From Candidatus Methanophagaceae archaeon (GTDB lineage Archaea; Halobacteriota; Syntropharchaeia; Alkanophagales; Methanospirareceae): DNA of 32,000 bases. Within the stretch, counting starts at the first letter, position 1; each line of letters begins with the position of its first letter. The stretch spans positions 760,444-792,443 of the forward strand of contig PQXB01000001.1 in NCBI GenBank assembly GCA_003194425.1. Direction: 5' to 3'. The position numbers and the translations under genes were made by a program. Of the stretch, positions 8,039 to 15,480 are shown one piece after another. The notes beneath the pieces were generated by a model. The model saw only the letters and a program-made list of their open reading frames with translations, was not told the DNA's origin and made no database searches.

Positions 8039-8043
8039 TCACA

Positions 8044-8805
8044 TCACACCCCTAACGAACTGGGATTTCTCAACAAAAGGACGAGGATATAAATCGCTAC
8101 AGGAATGGCAACGGTGAGGACTGCGTCCCTCGTCGAGAGGTTCCGTGCGTGCTTCAGCCCGAAGATCCAAATGTTCGCACTCCAAAGCATAAAGAGGATG
8201 CCAACAGCGGAAGAGAGCCGCAGCAGCGGACTTGTCAGCAGCGGTGCGAGCGCTTTTTGAATCTCTGCTGGGTCTGCTACGTTTGTTACTACTGGAATCT
8301 GCGTGGTTGAGACGAAATTGTAGACGAGCACTGCACTTACGAGTCCGCTGAAGATTGTAGGAATGTAGCCGTAGCCCACGAACTCGAGCGTCCGCTTGAA
8401 CTTCCCCTCGCCCTTGAAAAGGCAGGACACGGCGAAGAACAGGGCAGCAGCGACGACCCAAATGACGAATGAACTGACCACTGCACCCACAAAAGCACCT
8501 ACGCCTCCAACCGCCGAAACGACACCCAGAGCCTCTTGCGGAAGCGTTTGCGATTTTCTGAGCATTTCAAATGTTACACCTGCCATCAAAAAAAGAGAGA
8601 TTCCGCCGACTAACCCGCTTGTCAGGACGATGAGCGCCGGTATTTTCAGACTCGGCTCTCTCTCCCCTCTTCCCCATTCTCCTTCTCCGCCTCCTTTTCC
8701 TTCTCCACCTCCTTTTCCTTCTCCGCCTCCTGCTCCTTTTTCTTCCCTCTCCCCTTTCGCCTTCGCTTCAAAAAATCTGTTCGGATTTGTCAAGACTTCC
8801 AACAT
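8044..8805 (-). CDS. Yip1-domain integral membrane protein
   Basis: 253 aa. The N-terminus LTNPNRFFE is followed by about 5 TM helices. A G/E/K insert lies after residue 16. Confidence 0.55.
   Translation of the reverse strand: MLEVLTNPNRFFEAKAKGEREEKGAGGGEGKGGGEGKGGGEGEWGRGEREPSLKIPALIVLTSGLVGGISLFLMAGVTFEMLRKSQTLPQEALGVVSAVGGVGAFVGAVVSSFVIWVVAAALFFAVSCLFKGEGKFKRTLEFVGYGYIPTIFSGLVSAVLVYNFVSTTQIPVVTNVADPAEIQKALAPLLTSPLLRLSSAVGILFMLWSANIWIFGLKHARNLSTRDAVLTVAIPVAIYILVLLLRNPSSLGV
8681..8734. repeat. In-frame 18-bp tandem repeat x3 inside the Yip1 gene (encodes GEGKGG units)
   Basis: CCTTCTCCGCCTCCTTTT / CCTTCTCCACCTCCTTTT / CCTTCTCCGCCTCCTGCT, read directly. Confidence 0.95.
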
Positions 8806-8831
8806 TTTTCCTCTCTTCTACAGACCTCTTT

Positions 8832-9473
8832 TTAAATATTTTTAATTTTTGCGGTTTGCAGTTGTTTCAGCCTCGCACGCATATTTTTCCAGTGGCTGCC
8901 TTTCCAGTAAACCCTGCCACACCGCTCGCAAACCCAGAACTCCCTCTTCCCTTCCCCTTCTCTTTCTCCTCCTTCTTCCCCTTCTCTTTCTCCTCCTTCT
9001 TCTCCTTCTCTGACCCCGACCCTACCCGCAGGCACATAATTTTTTTCCTTGAGCATTGCCTCTTCTTCTTTCCCGCTCCCGACCAGCCTCAGCCTCGCGT
9101 TGCACTCGCTACACCTCGCAGGGACTGGTTCGAGGTTCAGGTGTGAGGTAAGGTCGTGGCGAAGCAACTCCTGCAACTGCTCCATCGCGTTGTCGGTTTT
9201 TATTTGAACGCACTGGACGCCCTTTTTCGTCGCCGCTGCCGCGAGGTTCTTGTCTCGGGTGAGCAGTATTCGTGCCTCGTGCTCCGCCAACGCGGTGAGG
9301 CTTCTGTCCTCTTCTTCTCCCTTCTTCTCCTTCTTCCCCTCCTCCCCCTCCTCCCCCTCCTTTCCTTCTGCTTTCACCTCCGCAGCGTAAACGGTGTCGT
9401 ACCCAAGGACACGAAGCCAAGTGGTAAGTTTTCCCAACATTCTGTCGGTTACGAATTTTTTTTCCGCAGCCAC
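8832..9473 (-). CDS. Mut7-C RNase domain (DUF82, PIN-like plus Zn-ribbon) protein
   Basis: N-terminal FVTDRMLGKLTTWLRVLGYDT and C-terminal CSECNARL...CERCGRVYWKGSHW. Two G/E-rich inserts are present. The start overlaps the coaBC 3' end by 25 nt. Confidence 0.8.
   Translation of the reverse strand: MAAEKKFVTDRMLGKLTTWLRVLGYDTVYAAEVKAEGKEGEEGEEGKKEKKGEEEDRSLTALAEHEARILLTRDKNLAAAATKKGVQCVQIKTDNAMEQLQELLRHDLTSHLNLEPVPARCSECNARLRLVGSGKEEEAMLKEKNYVPAGRVGVREGEEGGEREGEEGGEREGEGKREFWVCERCGRVYWKGSHWKNMRARLKQLQTAKIKNI
8952..9010. repeat. In-frame 24-bp tandem repeat x2.4 inside the Mut7-C gene (encodes [21 protein letters not shown])
   Basis: Positions 8952-8975 equal 8976-8999 exactly. A partial third copy has one mismatch. 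Confidence 0.95.
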
Positions 9474-10747
9474 TCTTTCTCCTCCCTTAGGAGTGTTTTC
9501 GCCAACTCCTCCACCACTGCCTCTGCGATTAAATTCTTCGCACCCCGCACGTGCTTCTCTTTCTCCCCCTCCCGAATCACAAACACCTCGTTCTCCTCTG
9601 TCCCGATTCCGCCCTTTCCGACATCGTTCGCGACGACCAGTGCGAGGTCGTACTCCTGCATTTTTTCCCGCGCCCTTCGCAGCAGTTCCGCCTCCGAAAC
9701 ATTCGTCTCTGCCTTGAACCCCACGATTGCGAGTTCTGACTTGGGAAACTCCGCCCGCACCGCCGCAATCAATTTCGCAGTAGGAACGAGGTGCAAGTAA
9801 AAATCCTCCCCCGACGGAATTTTCTGCTTCGCCACCGCCGACGACGGCTCAACCGTGAAGTCCGAGACCGCGGCTGCGGAAATAAGCACGTCGTAGCCGC
9901 TACCGCTGCGAAGCTCGCTTAAGCAAGCCTCAAGCATTTCGCGTGCCGTCTCCACCTGGACCTCGTTTAACCCTGCCAATTTCAAATTCAGTTCTCCGCT
10001 GTGCACGAGCGTTACTGCCGCAGCGTCCTGCCTGTACGCCTCTTTCGCGAGTTCTACTCCTGTCCGACCGGAACTTCGGTTTGTCAGAATTCTGATGGGG
10101 TCGAGTGGCTCGCTGGTCGCTCCGCCTGTGATAAGAACGCGTTTGCCAGCAAGCCGCTTCGGCGAGAGCACGCGCTCAACCGTGAGAAGAATCTCCTCTG
10201 TCGAGACGATCTTCGCAAGCCCCTCCTCAAACCTCGGTCCCACGACGGTCACGCCGAGCCTCCGCAGTTTCTCAAGGTTCGCCACCAAAACCGGGCTTCT
10301 AAAAATCGTCTCGTGCATCGCGGGCACCACGACAATCGGAATTCCAGAGCCGAAGGCAGTGGTCGCAAACGCGGTCACGGTCGTGTCCGAGACGCCAGTG
10401 GCGATTTTGCTGAGCGTGTTCGCAGTGCAAGGAGCGACGACAAAAATGTCCGCCGAGCCCTCCATTCCGAGAAACTCCACATGCTCAATGTTGCCCATCA
10501 ATTTCGTTATCACGGCGTGCCCTGTTGCGTAGTGCAGGGTGTAGGAGTGAATTATTTCGGTCGCCGCCTCGCTCATCACGCCGAAAACATCCGCACCGTG
10601 TCTTATCAAATCGCGTGCGAGTTCAACGGTTCTCACCGCTGCGATTGAGCCTGTAACGCCCAAAACAATTTTCTTGCCCCGCAGCGAACGGCTCTTCGTC
10701 CCTTTTATCCGCAGCGTCGGGTGCGGTCCCCTTTCCCGCTCCTTCAT
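9449..10747 (-). CDS. coaBC: Bifunctional phosphopantothenoylcysteine decarboxylase / phosphopantothenate-cysteine ligase
   Basis: 432 aa. The flavoprotein N-domain has KKIVLGVTGSIAAVRTVELARDLIRHGADV. The DFP C-domain has KRVLITGGATSEPLDPIRILTNRSSG. Confidence 0.9.
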   Translation of the reverse strand: MKERERGPHPTLRIKGTKSRSLRGKKIVLGVTGSIAAVRTVELARDLIRHGADVFGVMSEAATEIIHSYTLHYATGHAVITKLMGNIEHVEFLGMEGSADIFVVAPCTANTLSKIATGVSDTTVTAFATTAFGSGIPIVVVPAMHETIFRSPVLVANLEKLRRLGVTVVGPRFEEGLAKIVSTEEILLTVERVLSPKRLAGKRVLITGGATSEPLDPIRILTNRSSGRTGVELAKEAYRQDAAAVTLVHSGELNLKLAGLNEVQVETAREMLEACLSELRSGSGYDVLISAAAVSDFTVEPSSAVAKQKIPSGEDFYLHLVPTAKLIAAVRAEFPKSELAIVGFKAETNVSEAELLRRAREKMQEYDLALVVANDVGKGGIGTEENEVFVIREGEKEKHVRGAKNLIAEAVVEELAKTLLREEKEWLRKKNS

Positions 10748-10757
10748 AAATAATTAA

Positions 10758-10830
10758 TGGACCGGTCGGGATTTGAACCCGAGGCCTCTCGCACGCCAAG
10801 CGAGTGATCTTCCAACTGATCTACCGGCCC
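10758..10830 (-). tRNA. tRNA-Ala (anticodon GGC)
   Basis: Hand-folded 73-nt cloverleaf. Acceptor GGGCCGG/CCGGTCC with a G3:U70 pair; D arm GATC-AGTTGGAA-GATC. Anticodon arm CTCGC-TTGGCGT-GCGAG; T arm TCGGG-TTCAAAT-CCCGA. CCA is not encoded. Confidence 0.9.
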
Positions 10831-10861
10831 TCCCTTCCCCCCTCCCCTCCTGCTCTTCCTT

Positions 10862-11122
10862 TTACCTACTGTCCCTTCGTTTTACGGTTATCGGAATAGC
10901 GTCTTTCTCGAACTCCTCGACCGCTATTTCTATCGAGTCCATCTTCTCGGTTTTTATGAGCACTGGCGCCCCAGCTGCTATTTGCAACGCTCTCGCACCG
11001 ATGATCCGTGCTTTTTCGTACTTCGTGTAGTTCTTTTTCACTCTTTCCTCCTCCTTTTCCTCCTCCTCTTCTTTTCCTCTTCTTCCCTTCTTCCCTTCTT
11101 CTTTTACTGCTACTTCTACCAA
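10862..11122 (-). CDS. rpoK: DNA-directed RNA polymerase subunit K (Rpo6)
   Basis: Core [24 protein letters not shown]...[11 protein letters not shown] start with GGGAGGGT 8 nt upstream. A K/E-rich N-terminal extension of about 30 aa makes the start uncertain. Confidence 0.85.
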   Translation of the reverse strand: MVEVAVKEEGKKGRRGKEEEEEKEEERVKKNYTKYEKARIIGARALQIAAGAPVLIKTEKMDSIEIAVEEFEKDAIPITVKRRDSR

Positions 11123-11167
11123 GACTTTTACCCTCCCTTCTGTTGCGTGCGGAGAATAGGATAAAAA

Positions 11168-11242
11168 TGGGGTCGCTGAGATTTGAACTCAGGTCACGGC
11201 GTCCCGAACGCCGAAGGATCGTCCAAGCTACCCTACAACCCC
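11168..11242 (-). tRNA. tRNA-Pro (anticodon CGG)
   Basis: Acceptor GGGGTTG/CGACCCC, anticodon arm CGGCG-TTCGGGA-CGCCG, T arm CTGAG-TTCAAAT-CTCAG. My hand fold leaves 2 nt at position 26 and a 4-nt variable loop, so the exact fold needs tRNAscan. The position between rpoN and rpoK matches the classical archaeal operon (recollection). Confidence 0.75.
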
Positions 11243-11244
11243 CT

Positions 11245-11466
11245 TCATTCATACGGCGCAATCTCGTCTACCAACTCCGCGTGCGTTAAAAGCATTCTCC
11301 GGCAGCAGTACCTCTTTACCCCCAACTCATCCAGCACCTTTCCCGGCTCCTCTCTCTCTCGCTTTCTCCCTTCCCCTGCTTCTGCCTCTTCCCCTGTCCG
11401 CTCTTTGTACTCTTCCCAGACGCTTGAAATTACTTTTCCGCAAGTAAAACACCTGACTGGAATCAT
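11245..11466 (-). CDS. rpoN: DNA-directed RNA polymerase subunit N (Rpo10)
   Basis: [13 protein letters not shown]...[17 protein letters not shown]. An internal insert [19 protein letters not shown] is present. Confidence 0.9.
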   Translation of the reverse strand: MIPVRCFTCGKVISSVWEEYKERTGEEAEAGEGRKREREEPGKVLDELGVKRYCCRRMLLTHAELVDEIAPYE

Positions 11467-11469
11467 CGC

Positions 11470-11958
11470 TCACCTGTAAGACTTCTGCCTGTGTGCCCTC
11501 GCGCCCTTCGCACCGAACTTCTTTGACTCCTTCTGCCTCGTGTCGTTGACCAGCAAGTTCCTGTCGTACTCAAAGTAGGTCTCCTTAAGTTCCTCGTTTC
11601 CCGTCCACTCCACCAGCCCTCGAGCGATTGCGGTTCGCACTGCCTCTGCCTGTCCCATAAAACCACCTCCTTTCACATTTACATTCACTGAAATTCCTTC
11701 GCCCTCAATGTCAACCGCCGCCCCCTCGGGAAGCTGGGCTGCGACGACCAACGGCTCTGATATTTTCTCTCTCACCACGTCCGGCTCGATTATTTCTAAC
11801 GGCTTCTTGTTTATCCGCACTCCGCCCTTTCCCCCGTCCTCCCTCTTCTGCAGGGTTACTCTCGCAATCGCCGTCTTCCGCTTTCCTACTTGCGTTACTA
11901 CCTTCTTCGGCTTCGCTTTTGCTTTTGACTTCACTTTTGCTGTTGTTTGGGCGACCAT
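11470..11958 (-). CDS. rps9: 30S ribosomal protein S9 (uS9)
   Basis: GKRKTAIARVTL...C-terminal ARAHRQKSYR. K/A-rich N-terminal extension. The gene overlaps the rpl13 end by 28 nt. Confidence 0.92.
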   Translation of the reverse strand: MVAQTTAKVKSKAKAKPKKVVTQVGKRKTAIARVTLQKREDGGKGGVRINKKPLEIIEPDVVREKISEPLVVAAQLPEGAAVDIEGEGISVNVNVKGGGFMGQAEAVRTAIARGLVEWTGNEELKETYFEYDRNLLVNDTRQKESKKFGAKGARAHRQKSYR

Positions 11959-12380
11959 CCTAATTTTTTACTCACCTCCTCCAGTGTTACAAATTTAGCA
12001 ACTGACAACCTCTCTGAACTCGCGTTTTTAAACTGCTTCATTTTTTCCTGCCTCATTTTTTCGCACTCCTCAGGAACGCCAAGGTAAACGCGCAGTCTTG
12101 AAAAGGCGTCTCTGCCTCTCGCACGCTTGTAGGGCAGCATTCCGCGAATTGTGCGCTTCACGATTCTGTCGGGCATTTTAGGGAAGTAGGGTCCCTGCTC
12201 TCTCGAGCCTCTGTCCTTCCGCTGCTTGTACTCCTTAAACACCGAGACTTTGGAGCCGCTTACGACCACCTGCTCCGCGTTTACGATTGCGATTCGCTTG
12301 CCCTCTTCTTTGAGCAGCCGTTTCGCAACCTCGCTCGCCAGCCTCCCCAAAATCTGCCCTTCGCCGTTAATTATCTCCAT
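11931..12380 (-). CDS. rpl13: 50S ribosomal protein L13 (uL13)
   Basis: INGEGQILGRLASEVAKRLL...IVNAEQVVVSG...RTIRGMLPYK. Confidence 0.92.
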   Translation of the reverse strand: MEIINGEGQILGRLASEVAKRLLKEEGKRIAIVNAEQVVVSGSKVSVFKEYKQRKDRGSREQGPYFPKMPDRIVKRTIRGMLPYKRARGRDAFSRLRVYLGVPEECEKMRQEKMKQFKNASSERLSVAKFVTLEEVSKKLGWSPKQQQK

Positions 12381-12416
12381 TTTTCCTTTTTTTGATAAAA
12401 CTTTTTTTTAAGTTTT

Positions 12417-12791
12417 TTAAACTAAAATCTTCACGCCCGACCCTTTCGGGTTGCTCTCCGCCAACTCCTCAACGCTCACGCACTTCCCTCCTACCTGCCC
12501 GCCGATTTTCTCAACCTTCTCAACCGCCCGCTCACTGAACCCCAGCGCTGCAACGGTTACCGGCTTCTCGAGCGCCCCCGCACTCAGCACCTTCCCCGGC
12601 ACCAGAACCGTCTCGTTCGCCGCGGAATACCTGTTTATTTTGCTCAAGTTCACCTCAGCGTAGTTCCGCCGCGGCTTCTCCAACCGCTCCGCCACCGCCC
12701 GCCAAACGGGTGCGTTGTTCTCCCGCGCAAGCCTCTTCAAATCTTTTATTAGCCCAGCAATCTTCGGATTCGTCTTCTTTCTTCTTCGCAT
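12417..12791 (-). CDS. rpl18e: 50S ribosomal protein L18e (eL18)
   Basis: KTNPKIAGLIKDLKRLARENNAPVWRAVAERLEKPRRNYAEVNLSKINRY. It is the first gene of the L18e-L13-S9-rpoN-tRNAPro-rpoK block. Confidence 0.9.
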   Translation of the reverse strand: MRRRKKTNPKIAGLIKDLKRLARENNAPVWRAVAERLEKPRRNYAEVNLSKINRYSAANETVLVPGKVLSAGALEKPVTVAALGFSERAVEKVEKIGGQVGGKCVSVEELAESNPKGSGVKILV

Positions 12792-12820
12792 CTTTTCGCC
12801 CTCGCCTCGCTTTGTCTTTG

Positions 12821-12848
12821 AAGATTTTAAATACTTCTTTATAAATTG
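12821..12848 (-). promoter_or_regulatory. Candidate TATA boxes for the L18e operon
   Basis: A palindromic TTTATAAA sits at 12838-12845, about 50 nt upstream of the ATG at 12791. An ATTTAAAA (minus strand) sits at about 12824-12831. Both lie in an AT-rich spacer. This is a position-only argument. Confidence 0.35.
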
Positions 12849-12932
12849 TGCTTTGTCTAAAAATTAACAAGTCAGCGTAGTTTTACCTGTCTAATCTAAT
12901 CAAGCATAAACAAACTAAACTTTCTTACCCCA

Positions 12933-12987
12933 CTCATAATCTTCTCTCATAATCAAATCACATAATCTTGCACTCATAATCAAAATC
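12933..12987. repeat. Array of four CTCATAATC-type direct repeats (minus strand GATTATGAG), spacing 13/13/14 bp
   Basis: Repeats at 12933-12941, 12946-12954, 12959-12967 (CACATAATC) and 12973-12981. The array reads as a roughly 27-bp unit duplicated, and that unit is itself an internal duplication. Confidence 0.85.
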
Positions 12988-13194
12988 TGAACAAGGCAGT
13001 TCGAATCTGCGTTTAAACAAGAGAACATGAACTCTGCAACCCACCTCATTTCTAATCCCTGTAGACAAAAATCAAAAAAAAACTTCACGAACCTCTTGAC
13101 CATGCCTTTATAAACTTCCACTCTTTTTTTACCATAAAATTACTTGTTTTATTTTATCCGACAATCCAAACTCATTTCAAAACAATAAGAATAA

Positions 13195-13839
13195 ATGAGC
13201 GAAGACACGGAGAACGGGGAGAGCCTAAAAAGGCAGGCACTGCTGTTTCGGGATTTAGTTGGCGACGAACTCTTTGGGTTTAGCGTAGCACAAAACATCG
13301 CGGCACTCGAGAGAGACAGGTGCAGGTTTGAGCAGTTGGCACAGGCGATTTTGGCGTTCTTCGAGTGCGAACGGTGCTGCAAGTGCTGTAGCGAAATGCC
13401 GATTCATTTGAGCGACGCTGACTTGGAGCGGCTCGGCAAACTCGACGGAGCGGCTCTCTTTGGCAAATTGGACGAGAAAGAGGTGGACAACTACTTGAAG
13501 ACGCCGTGCCCGTATTTGAGTGCGGGGGTGTGTAGCTGTGCGATTTACGAGAGCAGACCCACCTCCTGCAGAATGTTCCCGTTCGTCGTCCTTCGCCCTG
13601 TTCCGACGCTGCAGTTGTGCCCGTTGGGGAAGAAGGTCTTTGAGGAGTTCAAGAGGTTGAGTCGGAAGTACGGTAAAAAAGAGGTGAAGGAGAAGTGGGA
13701 GGAGGGGAGTGAAAAGAGTGAAAGAAGAGGAAGTGGGGGGGAAAAGGCGGTGTACGTCGCACTTCCCCTCAGGGTTTTAGAGAAGTTTTTAAAATATTTA
13801 CAGGCGGAGAAAATGTTAAATGTTAAGGTCAGAAATTAA
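13195..13839 (+). CDS. YkgJ-family (UPF0153/COG0727) cysteine-cluster protein
   Basis: CERCCKCC cluster and CPYLSAGVCSCAIYESRPTSCRMFPF. A K/E/G-rich C-terminal region is present. Confidence 0.7.
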   Translation: MSEDTENGESLKRQALLFRDLVGDELFGFSVAQNIAALERDRCRFEQLAQAILAFFECERCCKCCSEMPIHLSDADLERLGKLDGAALFGKLDEKEVDNYLKTPCPYLSAGVCSCAIYESRPTSCRMFPFVVLRPVPTLQLCPLGKKVFEEFKRLSRKYGKKEVKEKWEEGSEKSERRGSGGEKAVYVALPLRVLEKFLKYLQAEKMLNVKVRN

Positions 13840-13854
13840 GGTTAAGGTCAGAAA
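13822..13854. repeat. 19-bp tandem duplication (GTTAAGGTCAGAAA core) spanning the stop of the YkgJ-like gene and the cobT RBS
   Basis: Positions 13822-13835 equal 13841-13854. A nested AATGTTA x2 lies at 13812-13825. A second in-frame TAA lies at 13843-13845. Confidence 0.9.
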
Positions 13855-14961
13855 ATGAGCAGGCTAAAAGAAGTTTTAGAGAGGATTGGACCGCTTGACC
13901 GGGCGGCGATGGAGTCCGCACGGGCACGACAGGCGACGCTCACAAAGCCGCAAGGCAGTTTAGGCGTTCTCGAAGACCTCTCGGTGCGGGTTGCGGGAAT
14001 TACCGGGAACCCGGCGCCCGAGGTGAAGGAGAAGTTGATTGTAACAGTGGCAGGCGACCACGGGGTTGCAGAGGAGGGCGTGAGTGCGTTTCCGAGCGAA
14101 GTGACGCTGCAAATGCTCTACAATTTCTTGAACGGCGGCGCTGCGATAAATGTCCTCGCAAGGCATGTCGGTGCGAGGGTGGTTGTCGTGGATTTGGGCG
14201 TGGCAGCAGAGGTGGCTGCGAACGCAGCGGCGGACGCAGAGAACTTCGTTGACAAGAAGGTTGGCTACGGAACCGCGAATATTTCAAAGGGACCCGCAAT
14301 GACCTACGAAGACGCCGTGCGGTCTGTAGAAGCTGGAATAGAAGTCTTGGAGCGCGAGTTAGAGAACGCGGGACAGAGACGCGGTGTTGGAACAGGCGTT
14401 GACATCGTTGGCGTCGGCGATATGGGAATTGGAAACACGACGCCGAGCAGTGCGGTTGTCGCGTTCGTGACCGGCGAGCCTGTTGAGAAGGTAACCGGGC
14501 GAGGCACGGGCTTGGACAACGAGGGGTTCGCAGCGAAGATAAAAACGATAAAAAAGGCGTTAGCGGTGAACAAGCCGACGAGGGGCGACGGAATTGACAT
14601 TCTCGCGAAGCTCGGCGGGTTCGAGATCGGCGGAATGGCAGGCGTAATGCTCGCAGGTGCGGCTCACCGAATTCCTGTCGTCGTGGACGGGTTTATTTCC
14701 GGCGCCGCTGCACTTCTCGCTTACGAACTCTGCCCCCCTGTGCGGGACTACCTCGTCGCCTCGCACCTCTCGGTCGAGAGCGGGCACCGTGCAATTTTAG
14801 AACACCTCAGACTCGAACCCCTGCTTGACCTTAATTTGCGACTCGGCGAAGGCACGGGTGCGACACTCGGAATAAGCGTCGTCGAGGCTGCTTGCAAGAT
14901 TCTGCGTGAAATGGCGACTTTTGCAGAGGCGGGCGTCTCGGAGTCAGAGAAGGTTAGATGA
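13855..14961 (+). CDS. cobT: Nicotinate-nucleotide--dimethylbenzimidazole phosphoribosyltransferase
   Basis: LTKPQGSLGVLEDLSVRVAGITG and GVGDMGIGNTTPSSAV. The full-length 368 aa follows the bacterial-type CobT pattern. Confidence 0.9.
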   Translation: MSRLKEVLERIGPLDRAAMESARARQATLTKPQGSLGVLEDLSVRVAGITGNPAPEVKEKLIVTVAGDHGVAEEGVSAFPSEVTLQMLYNFLNGGAAINVLARHVGARVVVVDLGVAAEVAANAAADAENFVDKKVGYGTANISKGPAMTYEDAVRSVEAGIEVLERELENAGQRRGVGTGVDIVGVGDMGIGNTTPSSAVVAFVTGEPVEKVTGRGTGLDNEGFAAKIKTIKKALAVNKPTRGDGIDILAKLGGFEIGGMAGVMLAGAAHRIPVVVDGFISGAAALLAYELCPPVRDYLVASHLSVESGHRAILEHLRLEPLLDLNLRLGEGTGATLGISVVEAACKILREMATFAEAGVSESEKVR

Positions 14962-14964
14962 GAA

Positions 14965-15480
14965 ATGGCGGACAAAAATAAGCTTGACGAACTGATAAAA
15001 GAAATGGAGGGGGCGGTTCTCGAAGAGGCGAAGGAAATCTACACTGAAAGGACGCTCGAGGAGGCGTACAACCCGAAGAACGTTGGCGAGTTGGAAAATC
15101 CAAGCGGCACCGCCAGAATAACAGGTCCCTGCGGCGACACTTTCCAAATTCATCTTAAAGTTGAAGGAGAAGGAGAAGCAGGCGAAGCCAAAGGCGAGAA
15201 AATCCTGGACTGCAAATTCCTAACAGACGGCTGCGGTGCCTCGATCGCGTGTGGCAGCGTGGTTACCGAGTTGGCGAAGGGGAAGACAGTGGCAGAGGCG
15301 TCAAGACTCACTGCCGAGGAGATTTTAGCGGTCTTGGGTGGGCTGCCAGAAGAGCACCTCCACTGCTCTACGCTCGCTACCGAGACGCTGAAGGCTGCGA
15401 TTCAGGACTACCGAAACCAAACTCGGATTCACACTCGCGCTCGCACTCGCGCCCTCCGCAGCCAGTCAATGTCCGGCTGA
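14965..15480 (+). CDS. NifU/IscU-like Fe-S cluster scaffold (N-terminal-domain type)
   Basis: YNPKNVGELENPSGTARITGPCGDTF, LTDGCGASIACGS and EEHLHCSTLATETLKAAIQDY supply the three conserved Cys. There is an insert EGEGEAGEAKGEK. The last 52 nt overlap the pheS 3' end on the other strand. Confidence 0.8.
   Translation: MADKNKLDELIKEMEGAVLEEAKEIYTERTLEEAYNPKNVGELENPSGTARITGPCGDTFQIHLKVEGEGEAGEAKGEKILDCKFLTDGCGASIACGSVVTELAKGKTVAEASRLTAEEILAVLGGLPEEHLHCSTLATETLKAAIQDYRNQTRIHTRARTRALRSQSMSG
15429..15452. repeat. 12-bp tandem duplication at the pheS 3' end (minus strand GCGCGAGTGCGA / GCGCGAGTGTGA)
   Basis: Read directly. The copies differ only at CGA versus TGA, giving ...RARV RARV stop. Confidence 0.9.

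Noticed and set aside
12915-13121. A 68-aa ORF in the AT-rich gap upstream of the L18e operon.
   Set aside because: It has no recognisable domain or RBS. Part of it is generated by the GATTATGAG repeat array. AT-rich DNA produces such ORFs by chance only rarely, but the evidence is insufficient to call a gene.
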